Shown one piece after another: positions 26,497 through 41,429 of a stretch of 64,000 nucleotides of DNA (position 1 is its first letter; the number at the start of each line of letters is the position of its first letter). Origin of the DNA: the human T2T-CHM13v2.0 reference genome, Homo sapiens; NCBI RefSeq assembly GCF_009914755.1, contig NC_060932.1; one strand, given 5' to 3'. The translations under genes were made by a program, and so were the position numbers. The notes below the pieces were generated by a model, which was not told the origin of the DNA, searched no databases, and worked only from the letters and a program-made list of their open reading frames with translations.

Positions 26497-27726
26497 TAAT
26501 GTACAGGGCTTCTTAACCAAAGCTCTTTGGTTCATTCTCATAAATAGGTAAGTGTCTTTTCTTCTTTTTGCCCAATACCCAGATATATGTTAAGTTCTTT
26601 GTGGTCTTTTCAATATCAGAGCTACTTGTAGGCCCAGGCAGGGCTTCCAGCCAGAGTGTTCATGTGAGCACCTCTTGGATGTGCTCTGGGAAGAAGTATG
26701 ATCTAGACAACATGATAACTACTGTCTGGAATGTTGATCTGATTTCTCTAGGCAGCATGCTATGTAGACAGATGACTCCCATGGATGGGTGGCTTGTGAA
26801 CAGCTTGAGCATTCTCATGTGGTTGCTTTAGTGAATATCTTTTCATCACCATATTCAGGGACATCTGCTGTTGGAGATCCTGTGAAATAAATTAATTTGT
26901 GATTTTATCAGCCTGCACATGTAACCTGGGTACTGTCGTAGCTCCTATGCAAATATATTATACCCATTAAAGTATTCAGTGCTGCTGACACAATGACATA
27001 ATTAAGAATGCTCTCTTATCCTCAGGGAAGAGGCTTAGAATATGCTTATTATTATTGGTACACATTGTAAGGGCATGGCTCCAGAAGTAGTTGTGGAATT
27101 GCTAGGTGAAACTTCCCTGGGATAATCCCATAAAGAATCAGTAGAGATGAGCAATACTCAAATTTGCATATACTCAATGCATAACAATTATAATATATGT
27201 AACGAGTTGCTGTCTTCTGGCATCATAAAGTGAAATGTTAGGAAGTCATGGCTTATGCTCATCAAAACCTGCTGATACCTGTTTGGTGTGCTAGCGAGTG
27301 ACCTTATACTGCCTCAGAGTTCCTAAAGTGACTTAGTGATGATCCAGGTTAACTCAGCACATACTGATTAAACACCTAACCTGTTCCAGGGACACTGCTG
27401 GATGCTGAAAAGGGATAAAATAATGAACAAAGTTTTCAGCCTCAATATCTCATCAACCTGGAGAATTTGTGGAACATAAATCTCAATGCAGATGATGAGG
27501 ATCAAGATAATTATAGTATTGCTTTTCACACAGGACACCACGGGGGTATGTGTGGACCATTGTGAGGGGTGAATAATACCAACCTTGATGTGGTAACCAA
27601 AGAACATCATCTCGTTTTATAGCTGTCCTTAAATTTGCATATCTAATGTAACAAAACAACCCAGAATTGAAGGAAATCTCTCTGCACAGTATTTTACTGA
27701 TCCACGGTTCACTCTTTAACATTTAG

Positions 27727-28381
<655 letters not shown>

Positions 28382-29639
28382 TCAACACTAATTTTCTTAA
28401 AAACAGAAATGTACTTTTAGCATTAGGGAAAAGTGGGTGGGAGAGAGGAGGTAGGATCCAGGAATCAAAATCTTAAATAGTCTGTCCTGGTACCAGTTTT
28501 ACCACTTTTGGCAGCTAACACAATTTGGCCTGCACTGAAGCCTCATGGTGAAGTAAGAATTTAGGGTGACTGCTGACTTTTTGCGGAGAGTGAGAGAGCA
28601 ACCTAAAGTAACACTCGTACTGGTGCCCAAACAACCATTTTGGCTAAAAAATAGCCCTGGACAAACTTATCCATAGGAGCTTGTCAATGGCACTACAACA
28701 GATACTTAAACACCCAGGAGGAGATATGAATTAGAGATCTTCAGTTTGGAATTTCCTTTGTCCTTAGATGTTTCTTGCTTTTTGAGATTCCAGGTGTGAT
28801 ATCATAATTTGCTAATGTCTGTTCTTTGGGATCTATCCTCTCTCAGCCAACGAGCATTGATTATAGACTAAGAAGCTCTAGATTCTGGGCTCAGTCCTGG
28901 GTATGCAAAGATAAAGAAGCAGTGATCCCTGTCTTCAATGAAATGTGACAAGATGTCTGAAGACATGGGGGCAGGTGGGGGGCATACAGGAGCACAACTG
29001 AGCCACCTCTGAAAGGAAGTGATATTTGAGTTCCTTTCCATGAAGAGTTAGATGGAATTAGGATGTTGGAGTGGAAGAAGATAGGAGATTGTTCCATGTA
29101 GTTTTAGGTGCAGTTGCAGGGTCAATAAATGTTGTTGCTGAAGGGCAGGGATCTAGTCCTGGAGGACCTTGTTCACCATATCTGGGAATGTGAGTTTCCT
29201 GGGGACACAGGAGGTACAAATTTGGGTGGATGGATAGAGAATCATAAAAAAAATTCATGTCTTCACTTTGCAGCAAAAACTAAGCTGAGTTTTATATGAA
29301 TGTGCTTTATATGGATGTGTCATTCAGTTCTTAGAATGCTGAGTGAATTGAAGCATAAGGAAGGTAAGTGATTTGCTTTCATTGCACAACTCATAAACTG
29401 TTGTGCTGTGACATGAGATCAGCCTGACTCTGAATTTAAGTTCCTAATTACATATTACATAGCCTGATAGTATTTCTGGGCTTATCTGCTATATGAAAAG
29501 TTGTGATTACTCAATGCTAGATGATATGAAGTCTTGAAATATCTGAACTTTGTTTTGATTAATGTGAGTGCCATATTTTCCCAAGGTGACTCTTTCTGTT
29601 TTAGGATCTGAATTTTATAAAGGGAATTTGATGAAATAT

Positions 29640-29890
29640 AAAGGGTATGAGTGGGTATGACCTCTGCAGTCAAGTTGACTTGTCTTCAAATTCTAGCTAG
29701 GGCATTTGCTAGGGGTGTGGCTTTGGGGCAGATTTCTTAAACTCTCTGAGCTTTAGTTTCTTCATTGGTAGGAGCTGGATGAAAATGCTCAACTTGCAGG
29801 GATATAGTAAGGATTAATAGGGATATAAGGCATCTAGCACAGTATCTGGCCAAGAGCAAGCACTGAATAAATTACTATATTATTATTCAT
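29640..29890 (+). mobile_element. MIR, near full length
   Basis: ctctgcagtcaag...cttaaactctctgagctttagtttcttcattggta...aaggattaa...tagcacagtatctggc...aataaattactatattattatt. Confidence 0.85.
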
Positions 29891-32249
29891 TTCCTTGAAT
29901 CTGCCAGCAGGGCTTTGGTATAATCCTCTGTATTCATGGTCGGGACTCAGCTGTCCAAACTGAGTTACAGATGTGGCAGAGAACACTTTTCTCATTCCCA
30001 TGATCCTCTGTGCAGGCCTGCACTACCTGGTTGTGAGCAGAAAGGATTTCAGAAGCTACTCTTTTCATTTCTCTGATATGTACCTTCTGCTTTTTCTAGA
30101 ACTATTATAAATGTCCAGTTTGGTTTCTTATACACTGAACATACCTATGCTGTCTTAGAACTGCAGAGCTGCAATTGGTTTTCTTAGCATCAGTGAATGC
30201 CCTCCCCAGGCTGCCGCTACTTCTGAAGTGTGTAAATTGTGATGGGGATGGTGAGAAACTTTTTTTTTTTTTTTGACAATTGTGTGAGCTGGTCAGATAT
30301 CTGGGCACTAGGTGAAGTCGGGATTTTTGTAGGACCTCATTACCATACATATTTGGACTACACAGACTGGCACACAAGACCTTTTTTGTTCAGGGCCTTC
30401 TAATTTTTTTTTAAACAGGCAGAAAAATTCTCAGGGTATGAATTCAGTATGCGTATAGTGGGTGTACAATTATTAGCACACTGCTATACCCCTGAAATGT
30501 CAATTCATGTACAAGAGGGCCTTACTTCCAGAGGAAAGGGCCAATCCAGTTGCCTGCAAATGATGCTTCATGGTGAACTAACATGGTCTGTTTTGACCTT
30601 GGTTTCTTTCTTAATTCCATCCCATCAGTATAGATTGATTACAAAGAGGCCAGCTACTTCAATGACTGAAAAAGTGACTAATGGCTCCCCCCCTCCATAC
30701 TCACCTTTTGTGGTGGTGGTGGGGGAGCATAATCCAAGTGTACAAGTAACTACTATATGGAGTATTAGATGAGAAATGCTTTAAGAGATATAATGGCCAA
30801 GTGCATCGAGATTCCAAGGAAGGCAATGTTAAATACAAGGACGGAAAGTTGGGAAAGTTTCATAGAGAACAACTCCTTCTTTGTATTTAGAAGATAATGT
30901 GTTGTGTAGCCGTAAAACAGGTAAGAGGCAAGTAGGTCTTAAAACCACACTCTGTTATTGCAAAAACAACTCTGGACTAACCCGATTCTAAATCACTTTA
31001 GCATCTAAGATCAGAAAAGGGAACGGTGAACTTAAGCTTCCCCAAAACAGACACCACAGACTCTGTTCCAGGAGGCAAAATGGGATTTTTAATTCAAGAG
31101 GTTATAGCTTATTCATTGTATCCTAAAAACACACATTTAAACACACCTGAGTGCACAGTATTCTGAAGATCAGTGTATCATTGTGGAGGGTAAATTGATG
31201 TTTTCCTAGGTGTCACCAATGTCAATGAACCCGTAAATCTACCATTCTGTGTTTAGCTCATAATACCTTTAATGAGAAAATAAAGCAAACTTGATTTTTT
31301 GACATATAGACATGGTCTTGAATGGTATATATATATTTTTTTTAAAAAGGTCTCTTTTTGTTTGTCTTTTAAGGAAAGACCTACCTTTTCTTTCCAAATT
31401 ATTTGTTGCAGAAATATAGGCAGACATACAAATTAAACTAAGAACCACATTCCCATTGCATCCAAGTTTTACGGTGGGCCTGTGCTGGCCTTTACGATTC
31501 TCCTCAGGGCTTTTGAGTTTTTCTGGCCTGGCCGGAATTTTATAATTGAAAAATTTTCCATCTGACTTTGGCCCTTCCAGCAAATACTGTACAAGCATTT
31601 TCATTGTACATCATGCTGAGTTTGAAAGAAGGCAAAACAGACGTGCAGTTCCTCTTTCTGTCAGGAGCTTCACCCCAGGAAGCAAGCTCAGCTGCTCCTG
31701 TCCTTGATCTGCTGGGATGGAGCTAGACAAAGAGTGATATTGTGAATCATTCAGTGCCTTCCCATGTTACCCAGATTACACACCACCCACCAGAAACATG
31801 GGAGAGCAGCATTTTCCCCCGAAGGAGCAGTGTTTAAATTGTCCTTTTTTCAGCAGAACCACTGAATGGACCCAGCTCCATTCTTCCTGGCTGTCTCTCT
31901 TCCCCATGATGCTTGTGTGTACATTTCTCTCCTTCTTCTGTATCCTGTTCTCTTTAAAACCTGAGCTGTTACTCATCACTGGCGTGCTCTTTATCCCACT
32001 CTCCATTGTGACTTTTCCACACTTCCTCCATTTCACAGCTTCATCAAATCTTCCTTTTGTCTTTTGGATCTCCAACCTTTTCCTCCCACTGTCTTATCCT
32101 TTCCTTCTGTTTGTAAACATCTTCTTGTTTCCTCATATTTTAATAAAAACAAAGATAAATGAACAAACACTTTCCTAGATATGGTGTGGGCTTGTCCAAC
32201 TTCTCTGATATCCAGACTTATGAGACTAGGCTTTATCTCTAAGTTGTTA

Positions 32250-33320
32250 CTTTTCCTCCCACTACATTCTACTTTCTTCTCCAACAGCTGGAGAAAAACT
32301 GCTCTCCTGAAGGTTACCAGGGGCTTTCACAGGCAATTGCAGGTTCTTGATTCTGCTGCTAATTGACTTCATATTAAACCCGATGCTGTTGATGACCCTC
32401 TTCTCACCCCCTTGTCCTGTCCTTCAGGGACTCTCCTGACTCCTCCTCTCCCACCTGCCTCTCAGAGGCAAATGTTTCTCAAGATTCTATGCCTGGGCTC
32501 CCTTTTGTTTGAAAATTTTCATCTGATATCACTTCTATGCTAATGGCTCCTAAATTTTTATTTCTAGCCTTAATTTCTCTCCTGATTACTGAATACTGTG
32601 AAAAAAAAAATCTGGATATGGTTCTGCATCCATGCTCCTTAAATTCAACAGCAACTAAATCCAATTTATCTTTTCAGTTTATTTCCATGTCTAGACTTGC
32701 TTCTTCCCAGGCCTTCCTCTTCTCAGTTAATTATTATACATCCATCTCAAAGCCAGGCAAGCTGGAACCCTTTGACTTGTTCCCCAACTTCACTCTCTTC
32801 ATCTAATCCGTCCAAAGTACTGTCAATTTAACCATCAAATGTTTCTTAAATTATACCTTTTCAGTTTGTATGCCATTACTGTAACGAGGGTTTGGATTAT
32901 TTCATTAGTCTCCTGGATTCACATCTCTTTCTTCTAGGAGTTATCATTTTTCACTCATTCCAAAGTTAATCTTTTTTAAACATAGTACAAACTGTCTCAT
33001 CTTCTACTGTTGTCTTTCAATAGCTCCTCATTGTCCAAATGGTTAAATTTTAGCTCCCAGGGACAGCATTCAAGGTTTTCCATTACTTCATATATCTTTT
33101 TAGGTTTCTCTCCCACAGTGCACTCTCCATGGACTTATGTGCAGTTGAGGTCAGACCAGAATAAACAGAGGGTGCCTTCAGACCCCGTGATCTTTGTGCT
33201 ATTGTTCATTTCAAAATGGTCCTATGGTCTCCCTGCTCTGTCTTCTGCTCTGATACCACACCTTTCCTGAAACCTGTCTTAACAGCCTAGACAATATTTT
33301 CTGTTGTGAACTCTGCAATA
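32250..33320 (+). mobile_element. L2 remnant
   Basis: aaactgctctcctgaaggttacca...ctatgctaatggctcctaaatttttatttctagcc...ccttaaattcaaca...atctaatccgtccaaagtactgtcaatt; boundaries approximate. Confidence 0.65.
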
Positions 33321-33469
33321 TGTTGTGATGAATTTAGCAGGATAGAAAAGAAGGAGCCCTGATTTTTGCATCAGACAACTTAAATTCAAATTCCTGTCCA
33401 CCACTTGCAAGCTTTGTAGCCCACTGTGGCTTCCAAGTTACCTGGAGTGACTTTGCCATTTCCATGCCT

Positions 33470-34070
33470 ATACTCTCAGGAAGTGGCAACTCCATTCTGG
33501 CAGTTGCTCAAGTTACAAACCTTGTAGTACTTTTGAACTCTCCCCGGCGCCTACTCTATAGCTAATCCATCAGCAATTATATTGGCTCTGCTTTCTAAAT
33601 AATCCAGAATCTAACCACTTCTCCTAATCTCTGCTGCTACCACCTGGGTTCAAGCAACCTTCCACTGTCATCTGGATATTTTCCAGAGCCTCCTCGCTGT
33701 TCTTCCTGTTTCTACCTGTTTCCTTCTTGTTTCCAGCCTTACCCTGCTCCAGTCTGTTCTCAATGCAGCATCTGGAGTGATCCTGTTAAACCATGTCAGA
33801 TCTTGTTACTCCTCTATTCAAAACTCTTCAATGATTTTCTTGCTCACTCATAGATTTACGAAGATGAAGACGCAATGTTACCTACAGGCTCCCATGACCT
33901 GCCTCCTCATACCATGATTTTTCTCTTTTCATCTCATACACTCTCTCCCTTCCTCATTGTTCCCTCATGGTTCCTCAAACAGGCCAAGGAAAATCCATCT
34001 GGGGCCTTTGAAATTGTGCTTGCCTCTCCTCGGAATACTCTTTCCCAGATATCTATACTTCTCAGGAAAA
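33470..34070 (+). mobile_element. L2 (L2a-like) remnant
   Basis: tggcaactccattct...aatccatcagcaattatattggctctgcttt...ccagaatctaaccacttctc...agtgatcctgttaaa...tcagatcttgttactcctctattcaaaac. Confidence 0.8.
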
Positions 34071-34149
34071 CGCTCCTAGGCCAAAAAGATTTTGAAAATC
34101 CATTGGTAATAAATGCAATAGGTTGCTGTCTTTTTATATAAATATTTAT

Positions 34150-34390
34150 TCCACAAGCATTCAAAAGGGGGAGGTAACTCACATCTATTGACCTCATTGA
34201 GCTAGATATTGTGATAGAATTATTTTATTATGTGATTTTATTTGCATAGTAACCCTTAGTGCCCATTTTTTAGGAAAAGAAAGCAAGGCTCAGAGATATT
34301 AAGTAATTTGTCTATATTAGTGAAAGAGCTGAAATGTGAAGCAGGGTCTAACTTCAAAGCCTTTCACTCTTTATATTACACCATTATTAT
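34150..34390 (-). mobile_element. MIR
   Basis: gcccatttttaggaaaagaaagcaaggctcagagatattaagtaatttgtcta...ggtctaacttcaaagcc. Confidence 0.75.
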
Positions 34391-34799
34391 TGTTCTTCTT
34401 GTTTTTGTTTGTACCTACCACACACCAGACACTGTCAAGATGCTTGAGGTGAAATCATAAATGGAAAATATTTGTGACTGGTGTGCTTAGTCTAGGGGAA
34501 AGCCTCCCTCACACAGTTCTGAGCAGTGGGCCATCATGCTGTCAGAGCCGACCAACAGTCTTTCCCATGGGAAGTGATGTTAGAAAGATGCACAACCAAT
34601 CACCAGAGGGAATTTGGTGGGAGACAGGGGAGGGCATCCCACACAAAAAGAGCAAAGCAATTCAAGTCACTATGGGGAATGACCAGTCACTCTGCTGCTC
34701 ATTTGAACCCTCTGGTTACAGGAAATAGATATTCGAAATCCCTGCCTCCAGTGGTAGCATCCTCACTCATTACCAGGCAATTATCAATCACTGCCTCAA

Positions 34800-34900
34800 T
34801 GAGAGCCCAATGTTGCCAGATCTTCCACGTTTTCCCCTCTGAAATTTGCATGTTTATGTGACATCCTCTAACGGTGAAATGTTGGCAATCAATTCCTTCA
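34800..34900. mobile_element. hAT-Charlie MITE fragment (MER117-like)
   Basis: gcccaatgttgccagatcttcc...tttatgtgacatcctc...aaatgttggcaatcaattc; family assignment uncertain. Confidence 0.45.
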
Positions 34901-36039
34901 TGTTAGAATATTCAACAACAAAGGTCTGTCTTGAGTCAAGTGTGGCCCCTCTGTCCCTGCTCTGTGAGCCTTGGTATGTGGGACAGGGTGGACTGTTAAA
35001 CAATGAGCTCATCCTGAAGGCTCGGAGAGAGGGTGTTCTAGCCCCAAACACCCTAGAACCCAGTACTAGCCCTGAGAGTGAATGCCTAAGGTGGCATTGT
35101 CTACCGCAAGGTTCCTTATCCCCTGTACCCTCCCCTGCCACATGAGGCACGGCTTCAATCTCTTCTCTTCTGGAACCCTGTATCTGATCACACTAACCTA
35201 CACCTTCAGGCCCCAAGGAATCCCACTCCACAGTCTAATAGATGAAGATGGGGAAGCTGTTACACTAAAAGAGGGTAGGGCATGGGAAATATATTTCAGA
35301 TATCTTAGATATTTCCCAGAGATTGTGTACACCATGATTACTGAAGTGGCAGTGGGAAGAGGACTCAGATTTGGTTCAAGAGGTTCATAGGAGACAGTGA
35401 TTTTGAAGTATCCCCACATGGACTCTTCTAAAACAATCTCAGGAAGGATCATTTCTTTTTTCAATGATTGTGTTTCTTAAACATAATAGCTTTTCAGAAA
35501 TATCCTTTATTCAATTAAAGAGGTTTCTTTGGCCACCAGTTTGTTCCCATTTCTCAGCTGTGTGCTAATCTTTCTACAGCATGAATCTGACCATGTCTCC
35601 CCCTACTTACATTCCTTTAATGGCTCCTTTTGTCTTTTAGGATAAGGCTCACCGTGGCCCCCAACGTGGATTATGATCCTGCCCTGCCTCATCTCTATCC
35701 TTTCCTCTCACCTTTCCCCGCAGTGCAACCATAGTTTGTCTTAGTAAAAAGCAAAGGCTTTTTTAAACTAAAGAAATTAAACAGAAGATGGAGGAGGTAG
35801 TAGTGTGTACTAAGAATGGGTTAAATAAGACATGAGACTTATTTAGAATCAAATTCTAGATTGAGTCAAATCAATGACTCTGTCCTAAGTATAGGTCATA
35901 GTTATACTATTTATATGTCAATATGGATTAGAATTTAAGAATAATTATGACATCTGTTCCATATACAAAATACAACTTTTAAAATTATTCCTTATCAATT
36001 CTTGCTTTATAAAAGCCTACTCAAGATTTCATGTCCATG

Positions 36040-36580
36040 ATGGCATATGGCTAAAAAGCTTGGCCTCTGGAGTCATCCTTCTGAACTTCAAATCCTAGAT
36101 CTGTCACTTGTTAACTGTGTGGCCTTCACCAAGTTTCTCTGTTTGCTCATCTTTAAAATAATAATCATAACAAGTATCATTTTGATTACTAAACATATGC
36201 CAGCATTCTTTCAAATATTTTACATATATTATAGCAATTAATTATCATTAATCTTCTTATTTTATCAATAAGAAACAATGAAAAGCACAGAGGTTAAAGT
36301 ACCTTGCCTGAAATCAAGCAGCTAGTTAGGGGCATAACCAATACTAGCCCAAACTGACTTCAGTGTCCATGCTCTTAACTGCTTAACCATTAAGCTAAAC
36401 TCTCAGAACAGAACATATTTCCTAGGGTATCTACCTGGTAGTTATATCATGATGATTAAATAGACAATCCATATAAATAAATCATGTCATTAAATTACAT
36501 GATATACTTAAAGCCACAATGCTTGGCACTTCAGTGTTCAGTAAATGTTAGCGTAGAAATTATTTTTATTGTCATCATTA
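36040..36580. mobile_element. MIR (+) interrupted by a MIR (-) at ~36165-36395
   Basis: ggcctctggagtc...ttcaaatcctagatctgtcactt...catctttaaaat; then gcacagaggttaaagtaccttgcctgaaatca; then tacctggtag...aatgcttggcac...gtaaatgttagc. Confidence 0.65.
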
Positions 36581-39019
36581 TTTGGCGTTCTTACTTGGCT
36601 GCCAAGGCACGTTTATATAAGTGGATTGCCAATTGTCTTTCACTTTAACTGTCATCGTCAGCTTATTCAAAAGTATGCAGTTGTTTCTAACTCAAAAAAT
36701 TCTTTCTGGCATTTCCAACCATAATGTTTTGTAATAACAAGTACTTTGATACATATTTTCTCAGCAAAAAGCCATTGCAGTCAATCTTTGTGATTTAATG
36801 TCTGGCATGATTTATTTTTCCATCTTGCAGCTTCCTAAAGTGTATTAGGAATAAATAGATGTTAAGAAACTATGAATTTAGTTTTAAAGATTAATGTGTA
36901 GTAGTAGTGTTAGCAATAAGAATGTGCGTAAATATCATGGTCTATAAAAGACTTGTGTCGCTATAAAGATTGGCACATATGAATTTTTATGTCACTGCTG
37001 AATGCTTCTTCAACAACAGCAGTATGTCATTTAATACAGTAGCAACATGAAACTCTGTAGGGGGTGAGTGTTAGAATACTTTATGTTGTCTCCTCTTCGT
37101 ATCTTTTTCATGTTACCTACATGCTGAGTAGCAGCTCTCTGTTCAACCTGTCATAAGGAACTCAGTTGTTTAAGTCAATATCTCAGTTGTCATAAACTTG
37201 ATTTTGTCTTATACCATATCCTAGTAGGACCTTTGCTTGTGATACTTTTAGTTGACTGAGCTTCCCTATAATATGAAAAACATCTTTCATGTTTGGCTAT
37301 TTTTATCTTTCCAAATCCAGAGCTCCATTCTGAAATCTAAGTTTTTCCCTAGGAAAGCTTTTATTTTTCTTCTTTATAGCTGGCCCTCTCCTTTCTAACG
37401 TCACCACACCTGTGTCATATTATCCTGTAAATGCATATTGAGTGCAAATGTATTTTTCTCTTTGAGGGATATAAAGTAACATGTATCCAGAAATATGAAT
37501 CTATTTCTGCAGAGTCTATGCAATCAATCATCTCATGAATGAATGAAACTTTGGTACTGTTCTGGTACTTTCAAACAGCTTCTTCATAATAATTCTAGAT
37601 ATTGATAAATTAGTATGCCATCAACCTGTATGTATATGGATCCCTTATGTAACAAGGACATGTTTTATAACAGTTTCCCCCAAAAAAGATTTTAAATGCA
37701 ATTAGAGAAGCAAATAGGTATGCATGGGTAAGTAAATTAGAATAGATGGATAATATGAACAAAAATCAGAAACAAATTCTGCAAGTAGTGAATGTGGTTC
37801 CTAAAAGCTGTTGGTTCAAGGGACTTAAGGTTTTGCCTTCCAAAGATGAACCAGATGTTTCTCACCTCTTTGAGTGACTAGGAGCATATGGTGAAACTCA
37901 ATAATTTTAGTATATAGCACCTTTCACTCAGGCATCTCCTAAGACTTAATACATGTTAAGCTCTTGCTAGACACCAACTCAATGGCATTTTTCAAAAAAA
38001 CAAGCCATGCTCCACGATCTAAATCTGAAGTAAGATTTTGGTGATGATAGGTCTGCCAAGTAATTTTGGCACTCCTTCTATTCATTAGCTATCCTCTGGG
38101 GGGAAAAGAAACTAAGTGCTGCATAAACCAGATCTTGATGCTTGTATAACGTCCCCCAATGTTACAACCATGTGTATAGCATACTCATTTCACTACTAAA
38201 AATTCTGAAGCCTCTGTCTACATCTGTGTTTAAAAAAACAAAAAAGGAATCTTACCTTCACCCTCCAAATTCAAGCCAGTTTCCCATTTAGACACAATTA
38301 CAGATTTTCTTGTCTTGTTCTTAACTAGCTTAACACTGCTGCTCCACACTGTTGAAACTCTCTTTCTCCTTCTCCTGTTTCCAGACTATTTTTCTACCAC
38401 AATCACTATCGTCCTGGGAAGTCCACACTGTGCAATTACTCTATACTTTTTTCCATCCTTTTCATCTACCAAAGACTAAAGAGTGCTCATTTCTCAAGGA
38501 CATCAGCACCTTCATTCATTTAACAGGTAATTACTACAGGTCTAATATGATAAGGCAAGAGAGAAAATGGTACTTATACTCCCTGCTATACTGGAGTTGG
38601 CTGTCTGGATGGTTCCTTCATTGACATCTGTATTTCTCTTGGATTCAGCTACGCATGCTTTTCACATGATCATCTCAGCCTATGAACATGCATGATCATA
38701 ATATCATATTTACTTTCTTAATGTTGACAGTGACAAGTCTTGACTGTATAAAAAAATTTCATGGATTTTTGAGCCTGTAACAGGGGCACACAGATAAGAA
38801 TCTGTTTGTACCTTCTGAAAACTCTATTTGTTAATAAATAATATGTTGCTCTGTCAATCTTTAGACTTTTTAAGTATTGCATCTCAGGATGAGATTGTAA
38901 ATCAGTTTTTCAATAACATATATACATAAGTTAGATGTGTTAATACTTTATTAACTACTAAGATCTATCAGAATGGTGTGTGCATGCTGCCGAAACCATG
39001 TAAGTATCTACCTGCAAAC

Positions 39020-39345
39020 ATTAAGGGAAATGAAGGAAAAGTTCAAGGCTCTAGAGAATCTGTGCAGGGCATCTGACCTTGTTGGGGAGGGCAGGACCTG
39101 GTCCCTGTGGTTGTAAGCCTGCAATGAGATTAGATTGGTTAGCAGGTCAGAGGCAAGCAAGAGTGATGTAGCTAGAGGCACCAGCACAAAAAAGGAAACT
39201 TTGAGGTTCTGCAAGAAGACCAGTGAGATCTGAATGCAGAGAGCAATGGAAACGGTTTCAGGTGAGTTGAGAGAGGTGGGCAGGGGTCTGCTTATGGAGA
39301 CACTTAGGGACACTCTAAGAATTTTGCTCTTTATCATACTGGGTC
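39020..39345 (-). mobile_element. L2 remnant
   Basis: gcagggcatctgacct...gaggttctgcaagaagaccagtgagatctga...gagaggtgggcagggg...taagaattttgctctttatc. Confidence 0.6.
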
Positions 39346-39639
39346 ACTGTTTTTCAGTCTCTGCCATATCCTACTATTATTATCAAAGACCTCAACATCC
39401 CTTTTGTTGATTGTTCTCAAGCACTAGCCTTATGGTTCCTTAGCTTGGCTCACTGCTCCTTCACAGTTGCTGAAGATGTAACAGATAGCACAGAAAGTCT
39501 TCATCTCAGGGCAGAGCTCTGCTGAGAGTGCTAAGAAAGATGCAGAATAGAAAAGGCCTCACAGCATAGGAATAGAAAAAGCCCACATTTTTACAGGTAG
39601 ACATGGGCATCAATTGTAAGCCATGCTGAGATATTGATG

Positions 39640-39910
39640 TCATTCTATGCAAAGTTGATCATTAGAGGTTTTAACATACAGTGGAGATATGATAAGTTCC
39701 ATCTCTTAGAAAGACACCTTTGAGAGGTGATTTGGAGAATGGACTACAAACTAGAGGGACTGGATACTGAGAGTTCAATTAGGAGTAGGTCTCAATATTT
39801 CAGATCAGACATAATGAAGACCTGAACTTGGAGACGGAGTTGGCAAAAAGAGTGCCACATGGAAGAGATTTCTAGAGAGAAGGGTCTGTAACATTTGGGG
39901 ACCAAGTAGA
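39640..39910 (-). mobile_element. L2 remnant
   Basis: cattagaggttttaa...tgataagttccatctcttagaaagac...tggagaatggact...aatgaagacctgaact. Confidence 0.6.
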
Positions 39911-40189
39911 ACCAAGGGTGACTTATAAGAACTATAACTTGGCTGAGTGTGTTAATAATAAAGTCAATATCAGAAGTCATAATAACAAAAGCAAGGGTAA
40001 GTTTAGGGGTGTGGGTGCAGGTGAGGAAGAAGAAAGAATAATTAGTATACTTTGGGATGGGTTGAATTCAATATCTGTAATTAACAGAAAATCCAGGCTA
40101 TCTTTAATTTCCCAATCTCCATCTCTCCTCATATTTCTTTAATATCTCATCAGTGACTCATTTTAATTCAAGGACTTCAGCCAACTAAA

Positions 40190-40980
40190 GACTTCCAGAT
40201 TTACATTTCTACTTTCAACCACTGCATTTCTACTTTCAACCACTGTTTTGAGCTTCAGATGTGTTTCTAGATTCCTGGTGCATGTCTATGCCACAGTGCT
40301 CTGGGGGATCTCAGATTCTACTTCCTTAGTTGGAGCTCCTCAATTCCTTCTAAATCCATTTCCCCTTTAAAGGCTCCTCTCTCAGTGGCCTCCTTTACCT
40401 AGTCCTCAGGGCTCAAAACCATGGCATTATATTCTGTTCCTCCTCTATCACCCCCATCCAAATCATTGCAAGTTCAGAAGAACTTATTTCCATGACTTGC
40501 TTCATTTTGGTTCCCTTCATCCTCATTTCTGCTGCTGTTGCCTTCTTTTGTGCCTTCATTATGTCTCCACTGTCCTCCCTCCCTTCCATGTTTCCTAATT
40601 TCATTTGGTCCTACACATGAATACCTAGCCAATTCTTCTAAAGCTCAGATCTCCTCATATCTCTTCTAAGCAAACAACAACCAACTAACCAAACAACAAC
40701 AAAACCACACACGCAGACACACACAGACACACACACCCTTTTGATAATTCTCTTTTGCTGAATAAAAGCATCTTCTTTCATGCTTTTGTTCCAGCTTACT
40801 TTCTCCCCTCTTCTTTCATCATATTATCTCCTGCACCCTCATTCAGAATAAACTACTTGCTGATGTTCTCCCTTACTAAATTGTTAATAAGGAGCTATGT
40901 TCACCTCTGTAACCTACCTGGTGTCTTGAATGCTGCTCGGAGCACAGCAGGCACTCAGTAAGTGCATTTGTATTTTGAAC
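40190..40980 (+). mobile_element. L2 remnant with 3' end and internal (CAA)/(CA) repeat
   Basis: gacttccagatttacatttc...ccccatccaaatcattgcaagttc...ttcttctaaagctcagatct...cacagcaggcactcagtaagtgcatttg. Confidence 0.65.
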
Positions 40981-41362
40981 CGAGATAAAGACTAATGTGT
41001 CATAGTGGACAGATAAGTTCAGTTGTTTTTGGCAAGAAACCAAAACCAAAAGCAGTTGTTGTAGCAAAACAGAAATGAAAAAGGTATAAGATTTAGAACT
41101 TCTTTTTACAGATTCATTAACATTGTAAAATAGGTTTTAAAAGATACTATTAGGATATGCGTTCCTCATCAGGTGAAGAAAAGGTTTTACCTTGAAGCTT
41201 CGGTTAAAATAAAGTAGAGCCCTTAGGTTCTAACTGTGCCCTTTGTTTTTAAACAGCTTTATAGGCTTGGACACATTTTTTTTGTAGGGAAACATGGGCA
41301 GCTGAAGGAAAGTATTACTCTGGAATTTATTGTTTGGGATGTTTCTTTCCTGTCATTCTTAA

Positions 41363-41398
41363 TTTTCTTTCCTTTCTCTTTCTTTCTTTCTTTCTTTC

Positions 41399-41429
<31 letters not shown>

